DNA of 64,000 nucleotides. Origin: a virus. The DNA lies in the IMG/VR virus record IMGVR_UViG_3300050138_000621, positions 1-64,000 of that record. The stretch is one strand, 5' to 3'. The notes beneath the pieces are model-generated. The model was given only the letters and a program-made list of their open reading frames with translations, did no database searches and was not told the DNA's origin. This document shows positions 59,014 through 64,000 of this stretch, one piece after another; the stretch's first letter is position 1; every line of letters begins with the position of its first letter. The position numbers were made by a program, and so were the translations under genes.

Positions 59014-60758
59014 TACGAAGCCGGTCCTTCCGCGATGACGCTCGTGTCACCATTTTTCCAGGTGACGATGAGCTGCTGACGATTGTTGGGCGATGCGATC
59101 CCATTGCTCTGGAACGAGATCAGGGCGTCGATTGGGAACGTGCTGGTCGGAGCTACCGCGGGGAACCCCCCGGATCCGGCGGAACGGAACCCGAGCGTCC
59201 CGTTCGCATAAATGACGAAGTTGGTCTCGAAACGACTGAATCCCGCATTGTAGCCGCGAAACCTGGCCGCTAGGTTCCTGACGTCGCTGGGCATGCTTCC
59301 GACGAACGGCTGCGCGTTCTGGACAGTCAGCGGCGCACCCTCGGGAGTCGTATTCCACGCTTTCGTGCCCTGAACCACGACCTCGTCCTGGTTCCGCGTG
59401 GTCGTCAGCGTGATGTTGTGGTCGTTGCCGTACCCACCAATGGCGAGATCGCCGGCGCCACCGAAGAAGTCGGAGCCTCGGCTCAGGCCGCCGGCGTATG
59501 CGACGAACGTGGCCGAGTCGACGGTCGCGACGGCTGCCGGCGACACCGCCAAGCTGTCGGTAGCCGAGAGCTTCACGTTGCCCGCGGCTGAAGTCGTCGC
59601 CAACTTGAAGCTGGAGCCGATCGCGTACGACTGGTCGCGAGTGAAGATGCTGGACCCGTAGCGCCACGCAAGGATCCAGCGGCTACCGGGGACCGAAGGC
59701 GTCCCCAGCAGTGCCAGCGCCGCCTTCTGGGCGATCAGGGCGGTGCTGCCGCCGCGGGTCCGGGTCAGCGTTCGGTCCAGGTCGACGTAAAGGCATTCTC
59801 CGTCAGCGAGATCGGTGGTGCCGGCGGCGTCGGTGGTCTGGTTGACGACCTCGTTGTAGATGCCCGTGCTGTTGGAGAAAGTGATCGCGACCCCCTGCCA
59901 GTGCAGGTTGGTGCCGGTCCACTCGAAGTACTCCCCGTTCGAGGAGAACGGACTCCCGGTTCGAACCATCACCACGTTGCGGTCCGCGGCGGAGCTGTAC
60001 CAGTATTCGCCGCCGCCCAGTTCCCAGGCGCGGGTCATGATCGAGTCCATCCACGACTTCATGCTCCCGATGGCCTTGTCGCCTCCGAGAAACGGATCGG
60101 CGGAGGTGGCCTCGTTTCGGCCGGCCGGCCACGAGTACGTGTTCTTGGTGTTGGGCGTCGAGCCGCCGGTGCCCAGGCGCCACAGGATGTTCCGGGCGTC
60201 CTGCACGGACGTGATGCTGCTGTTCGCGTCGAGGGTGACCTTCGAGAGCGGGCAGACGCCGCTGTTGGAGTCGAAGTCCGAAGCCGAAATGATGATCGTG
60301 TAGTCGAGCGTGCGGCCGAGGGGGACCGTCTTTGTCACTTCGGCGCCCTGATCCGTGTCGTAAAACTGTATAGCATCGGCCGTCGTGGGATCGTTCGCGC
60401 GCGAGAAGTCCAGCCCGATGTAATTCGTCTGGTTCGGAAGAAATGAGCCCTGGATCTTGGGGTTGGTGCTCGACAGGACTTCGTTGGGACGATTGGCGTC
60501 GACCTGGAAGATGGTTCCTGCATCCGTAGCGTAGTAGTGCATCAGCACGCCGCCGGCCACCTGGATCTGAAGGGCTCCGGGCTGCGTGATGCCGGACGTG
60601 ATCAGGTTGAATCCCGAGACGATGGCCGGGATCCTGTTGGCCATGATCGTTCCGGCCAAGAGGTCGAAGTCGGCCGCAACGGCACTTTCGATGGCCCGCA
60701 AAAATGGAACGTCAACCCGCTGCTGCGCGTTCCAGGAGACTTGACGTTTTACTGCCAT
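59013..60758 (-). CDS. tail fibre / baseplate-associated protein
   Basis: 581-aa Ser/Thr/Gly/Ala-rich beta-type sequence in the tail arm. CAATCAT lies 12 nt upstream. Confidence 0.45.
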   Translation of the reverse strand: MAVKRQVSWNAQQRVDVPFLRAIESAVAADFDLLAGTIMANRIPAIVSGFNLITSGITQPGALQIQVAGGVLMHYYATDAGTIFQVDANRPNEVLSSTNPKIQGSFLPNQTNYIGLDFSRANDPTTADAIQFYDTDQGAEVTKTVPLGRTLDYTIIISASDFDSNSGVCPLSKVTLDANSSITSVQDARNILWRLGTGGSTPNTKNTYSWPAGRNEATSADPFLGGDKAIGSMKSWMDSIMTRAWELGGGEYWYSSAADRNVVMVRTGSPFSSNGEYFEWTGTNLHWQGVAITFSNSTGIYNEVVNQTTDAAGTTDLADGECLYVDLDRTLTRTRGGSTALIAQKAALALLGTPSVPGSRWILAWRYGSSIFTRDQSYAIGSSFKLATTSAAGNVKLSATDSLAVSPAAVATVDSATFVAYAGGLSRGSDFFGGAGDLAIGGYGNDHNITLTTTRNQDEVVVQGTKAWNTTPEGAPLTVQNAQPFVGSMPSDVRNLAARFRGYNAGFSRFETNFVIYANGTLGFRSAGSGGFPAVAPTSTFPIDALISFQSNGIASPNNRQQLIVTWKNGDTSVIAEGPAS

Positions 60759-60784
60759 TGGTCAGTCCTTATGATTGCAACGGC

Positions 60785-61207
60785 TTATCGCGAAAGTTCG
60801 TTGCCGGCGTCGATCGAGAGGAAAGTGACAGTCCCTTTGACGATCCCGCGCTCGGGGACCGACCAAGATTGGCCTGAAATTGCCACGCGTTGCGACTGGA
60901 AGAGGACCCGCTTGGACCGGCGCTCCAGGAGGACGAGCGACACGTACCGGGTCTTCCCGACGTCGATCAGCGGCGCCGTCATGCCCGCGCCCTCGGCCCC
61001 GCCGTCGTTGAGCGTCCGCAGCACGTACAGGGTCCCGCCAACGGACGTGTTGGAGTTCGCGAGTTCGTACGGCTGGGGACAATCAACCCCTCGAAGCTCT
61101 TCGATCGGAGTCGCGACGTCCCAATCGATCGCAGTCACCCGCCCGTAAGGGCCGGCGTTGACAAACAAGATTACCTGCGCGTTGGAGATCGTGATGGGCT
61201 GGCTCAT
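60785..61207 (-). CDS. hypothetical tail-module protein
   Basis: 140-aa ORF abutting the upstream giant gene. Confidence 0.55.
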   Translation of the reverse strand: MSQPITISNAQVILFVNAGPYGRVTAIDWDVATPIEELRGVDCPQPYELANSNTSVGGTLYVLRTLNDGGAEGAGMTAPLIDVGKTRYVSLVLLERRSKRVLFQSQRVAISGQSWSVPERGIVKGTVTFLSIDAGNELSR

Positions 61208-64000
61208 TTAGTCGCCCTCCCGGAGCGCCGCGAGTTCGTCTTCCAGGCTGTCTCCGCCCCAGACCTCGGTGGCGTCAGAGAGCTTCTGAGCCCCAGAAGT
61301 GGGCAAACCCTCTCCTCCCAATCCTCGATCCGACGGGTACACGACCGATCTCTCGATGGCGAGTCCCGAGGCCTGGATGTCGTCCAGGGCCGCCCCGGCT
61401 GCGATGCGGCCGGCGGCGGAAGAGGTGAGGTAGAAGTTGCCCGTCAAAGGATCTGCGTTGGGATCCGGCACAAATGGGAGGTTGGACTGTAGGAGCGTCA
61501 CGGTGACCCCAGCCGGGATGGAAGCCGGGAAGCGGAAGGAAGCGTCGAGCTTCAGCGATACGTTGTCGAGCCGGCCGATGTACTTCACGGGCCCGCTCTG
61601 GCCCTTGAAGCCGAAGTCGAACGCCAGGTAGCCGACCTCGTCGGGGAACAGGAGCGCTGGATTCGGGCCACTGCCGGTGTCGAGAGCGAAGGTGGCGTAG
61701 CTCTGGTTGCCGTTGATGGCTTGTCCCAGCGTTGCCACGATCCCGGTGACCGAGAGCCCGGCCTTGGTATCGTACGAGAACGGCCCGGGCAGACCCGCAG
61801 GCGCAGGCAGCGCTTTCGAGGGCGTGACGGTAGCCCCGGTCGTCTCGACGTAGGGGGCTCCGCGTGAGATGGAGTCCGAAACCGAGTAAGTGAACGTGGT
61901 GGGGCTCGGGACCGAGGCGATGGAGGCTTGACGGTTCATGCCACCTGCCCGGACGACGTCCGAGCCTGGCACGACGACGTAGTTGAGCTTGGTGGTGTTG
62001 TTGGCGTCCTGGAGACCACCTACCACCACGAAGGCGTCGGTCGCAGCCAGGCCGCCGCCAGGCAGCGTGAGCGCGGTGCCAAGGACCGCCCGCGACTTCC
62101 TCCAGCGCATGGTGGCGACGTCGAGCATCTCAACGACGGAGCTGCCCCCGCCCACCACGAAGACGGCATTGCGCGTCGGCAAGTAACTGATGACCGGGCT
62201 CACGCGGCCGACAGACATCGGGGGCAACGGCGCCCAGAGCCCAGTGCCCGGGTCGTAGATCTCGCAGCTCGCGAGCGTGTTGTTGTAGGAGTGCTGGGTG
62301 GCGTTGCCACCGGTGCCGCCGAAAACGAGTACGCGGCCATCGGGGAGGACCACGGCACCGAAGTCGCGGCGCGCGTCCGTCATGGGAGCTACCGTGGCCC
62401 AGGTGTGCCCGGTGACGGAGTAGGACTCGACCGAGTTCAAGATGTTCGAGGACCCGTCGACTCCGCCGATGGCGAGCCCGTTTCCGTTGGCGAGAGCGAC
62501 GATCTGGTGCCACATGCGCGCACGCACCATGGATCCGCGCGCGGTCCAGGTGACGGTGGCAGGATCGAAGGTGTAGGAGGTCGCGACCACGGCGCCTCCG
62601 CTCCAACCTCCTCCGATGAGGGCATTGCCGCCGATCAGGGTGCACTGGCTGTGACCGGCCTTGACCGCCGGCAAGGTCCCGCTCGTCAGCAAGTTCTGCG
62701 CCGGCACGTTTGTGTACGTGTAGAGGTCCCAGTTGTTCCGGGCAGTGCCCGAGACGTCGGTGTCGCTGTTGGTGCCGCCGGTGACGAGGACACGGCCGTC
62801 CAGGAGCGCTGAGGCCCCCATGCCACGCTTGCCGACCGTCTGCGTGTGCGTGGCGAGATTGGTCCATTTGTACCCGAGCTGCCGGCCTCCGTTGCCGAGC
62901 ACGGTGTCGCTCGTGATCTCGAAGATCTTGGGGTTGGCGATGGCGGTGTTGGTGCCGGGCGCGGTCTGGGTCATGCCCCCCACCAACATCAGCAGGCCTT
63001 CGGCCGTGCGCACCATCCTATGGTTGACGGCCTGGACGGTATCCGCTTCGCTTGCCATCGACTGCAGGGACGCGCTCGTGGCGCCGGTCGCGATGTTCGA
63101 GCTGAAGTCGCCGCTGATCGTGCCGGCCGTGATGGGCGGCGCGGCGCCGGTCGGGATCGCGCCGTCGATGAATACCTGATCCCCAACTGACATTCCGTGG
63201 GCGGCGGCCGTCACACCTGTCACGACCCCACTGGGAGCCCGAATCAGAGAGGTGAGAGGGATTGGGACCTGCACGTTCACGTACGCGCCGGTGCCGGGAC
63301 CGCGCCGAACGATGTTCGTGGTGGCTGGCAGCTCGACCTTCCCGAGCTGGGTTACGATCACGTGGCGCTGCTGGTCGTACAACGTCGCCTTCGTGGGCCG
63401 GTAGAACACCGCGCTCGTGAAGTCGGACTGCACGTACGCGCCAATGGGCACATCCACGTAAGCGATCTCGAAGTACTGATGGACGGTCGGCGACCCCGAC
63501 GCCACGATGTAGTACGTGTCGACCGCGGCGATGGGGAACGTACCTTGGATCCCGGCAACTGCGAATGGATCGGTCGGTCCGCCGAAGATGCACACGACGT
63601 CGTCGACGCGCAGTTTTGACAGGTCGAAGCCCACCGAGCTGGTCGAGAACCGGGCGACGCCGGGGGCCGGGGAGGAGACGGTCCAGGTGGTCGAGGAGAA
63701 GTCTGCGACGTCGAAGACGGGCGTCGGGAACTTGAGCCAGCGCTGCGCGGACCCTCCGAGCACCCTGACGCTGGACGAGAGGCCTCGGCTGCCACTGTAG
63801 ATGCGGACGTAGGTACCGCGGGTGGTGGGATCGACATACGCGACAGCGTAGGCGTTGCTTCCGGCTTCGCTGAGGGCACGGTTGATCTCGCCGCTCACCT
63901 CAAGGGCCGAGGCGGCGGCGATGGAGGTGTAGTGGGTGCGATCGATTGTGACGTTGACCGTGAGCTTCTCGTCCAGAAGGAGCACCAGTGTGTCCTGGTC
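61208..64000 (-). CDS. giant tail protein with Kelch-type beta-propeller repeats; 5' end lies outside the window
   Basis: The frame is open to base 64000, so the track's 63985 start is only the first alternative start codon. Repeated ...GG..G......YDP....W....M...R... units (residues ~330-620). Confidence 0.6.
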   Translation of the reverse strand, partial: DQDTLVLLLDEKLTVNVTIDRTHYTSIAAASALEVSGEINRALSEAGSNAYAVAYVDPTTRGTYVRIYSGSRGLSSSVRVLGGSAQRWLKFPTPVFDVADFSSTTWTVSSPAPGVARFSTSSVGFDLSKLRVDDVVCIFGGPTDPFAVAGIQGTFPIAAVDTYYIVASGSPTVHQYFEIAYVDVPIGAYVQSDFTSAVFYRPTKATLYDQQRHVIVTQLGKVELPATTNIVRRGPGTGAYVNVQVPIPLTSLIRAPSGVVTGVTAAAHGMSVGDQVFIDGAIPTGAAPPITAGTISGDFSSNIATGATSASLQSMASEADTVQAVNHRMVRTAEGLLMLVGGMTQTAPGTNTAIANPKIFEITSDTVLGNGGRQLGYKWTNLATHTQTVGKRGMGASALLDGRVLVTGGTNSDTDVSGTARNNWDLYTYTNVPAQNLLTSGTLPAVKAGHSQCTLIGGNALIGGGWSGGAVVATSYTFDPATVTWTARGSMVRARMWHQIVALANGNGLAIGGVDGSSNILNSVESYSVTGHTWATVAPMTDARRDFGAVVLPDGRVLVFGGTGGNATQHSYNNTLASCEIYDPGTGLWAPLPPMSVGRVSPVISYLPTRNAVFVVGGGSSVVEMLDVATMRWRKSRAVLGTALTLPGGGLAATDAFVVVGGLQDANNTTKLNYVVVPGSDVVRAGGMNRQASIASVPSPTTFTYSVSDSISRGAPYVETTGATVTPSKALPAPAGLPGPFSYDTKAGLSVTGIVATLGQAINGNQSYATFALDTGSGPNPALLFPDEVGYLAFDFGFKGQSGPVKYIGRLDNVSLKLDASFRFPASIPAGVTVTLLQSNLPFVPDPNADPLTGNFYLTSSAAGRIAAGAALDDIQASGLAIERSVVYPSDRGLGGEGLPTSGAQKLSDATEVWGGDSLEDELAALREGD

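Noticed and set aside
1-64000. Search for tRNA/tmRNA genes, CRISPR arrays, integrase or attachment sites, and toxin-antitoxin pairs.
   Set aside because: There are no gaps with cloverleaf potential other than 45494-45697, which does not fold as a tRNA. There are no spaced direct-repeat arrays. No integrase or recombinase motifs were seen in any frame of this window.

Overview
Visibly GC-rich, very gene-dense 64-kb stretch of a tailed dsDNA phage or prophage genome. I saw no rRNA, tRNA or CRISPR array. All functional calls come from reading the six-frame translations against remembered family motifs; no database search was run.

Layout:
- 1-16.3 kb, minus strand: head and packaging arm. It holds the capsid N-terminus, scaffold-like gene, a prohead-protease/GGDEF fusion, head-morphogenesis protein, portal, an intein-containing large terminase and a putative small terminase.
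- 16.3-54.4 kb: replication, recombination and nucleotide block, minus strand up to 27.0 kb and then mostly plus strand. It holds class II RNR, RuvC-like resolvase, SbcC/SbcD-like proteins, GroEL-like chaperonin, DnaB-like helicase, SF2 helicase, a sigma factor, a DnaE split into two ORFs with an intein, an SSB candidate, a RecA/UvsX-like recombinase, primase, ClpP, a CYTH protein, two HNH-AP2 endonucleases, a 2OG-Fe oxygenase, RtcB and dUTPase.
- 54.4-64 kb, minus strand: late arm. It holds an ArfB/RF-like GGQ protein, CHAP lysin, endonuclease VII, a Gly-rich fibre, a large fibre protein and a Kelch-repeat giant protein that runs off the window.

Most notable observations:
1. An invariant 12-nt element, CGTTCGCTATAG, occurs 18 times. 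It is confined to the early/middle block and always co-oriented with the next gene. In 11 cases it lies only 6-11 nt from the start codon, suggesting a phage-specific promoter without a -35 element that yields leaderless mRNAs.
2. A second start-proximal 7-mer, CAATCAT, precedes nine mostly late genes.
3. A GGDEF (diguanylate-cyclase-type) domain is fused to a prohead-protease-like domain in the head module. The fusion also carries a 23-aa segment that copies the capsid N-terminus.
4. The DnaE intein has its endonuclease encoded in the +1 frame, while the host frame stays open across it.
5. The sigma factor appears to lack region 4.2.
6. Iteron-like phased repeats lie inside a replication gene.
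7. RNA-repair and ribosome-rescue genes (RtcB, ArfB-like) are present.
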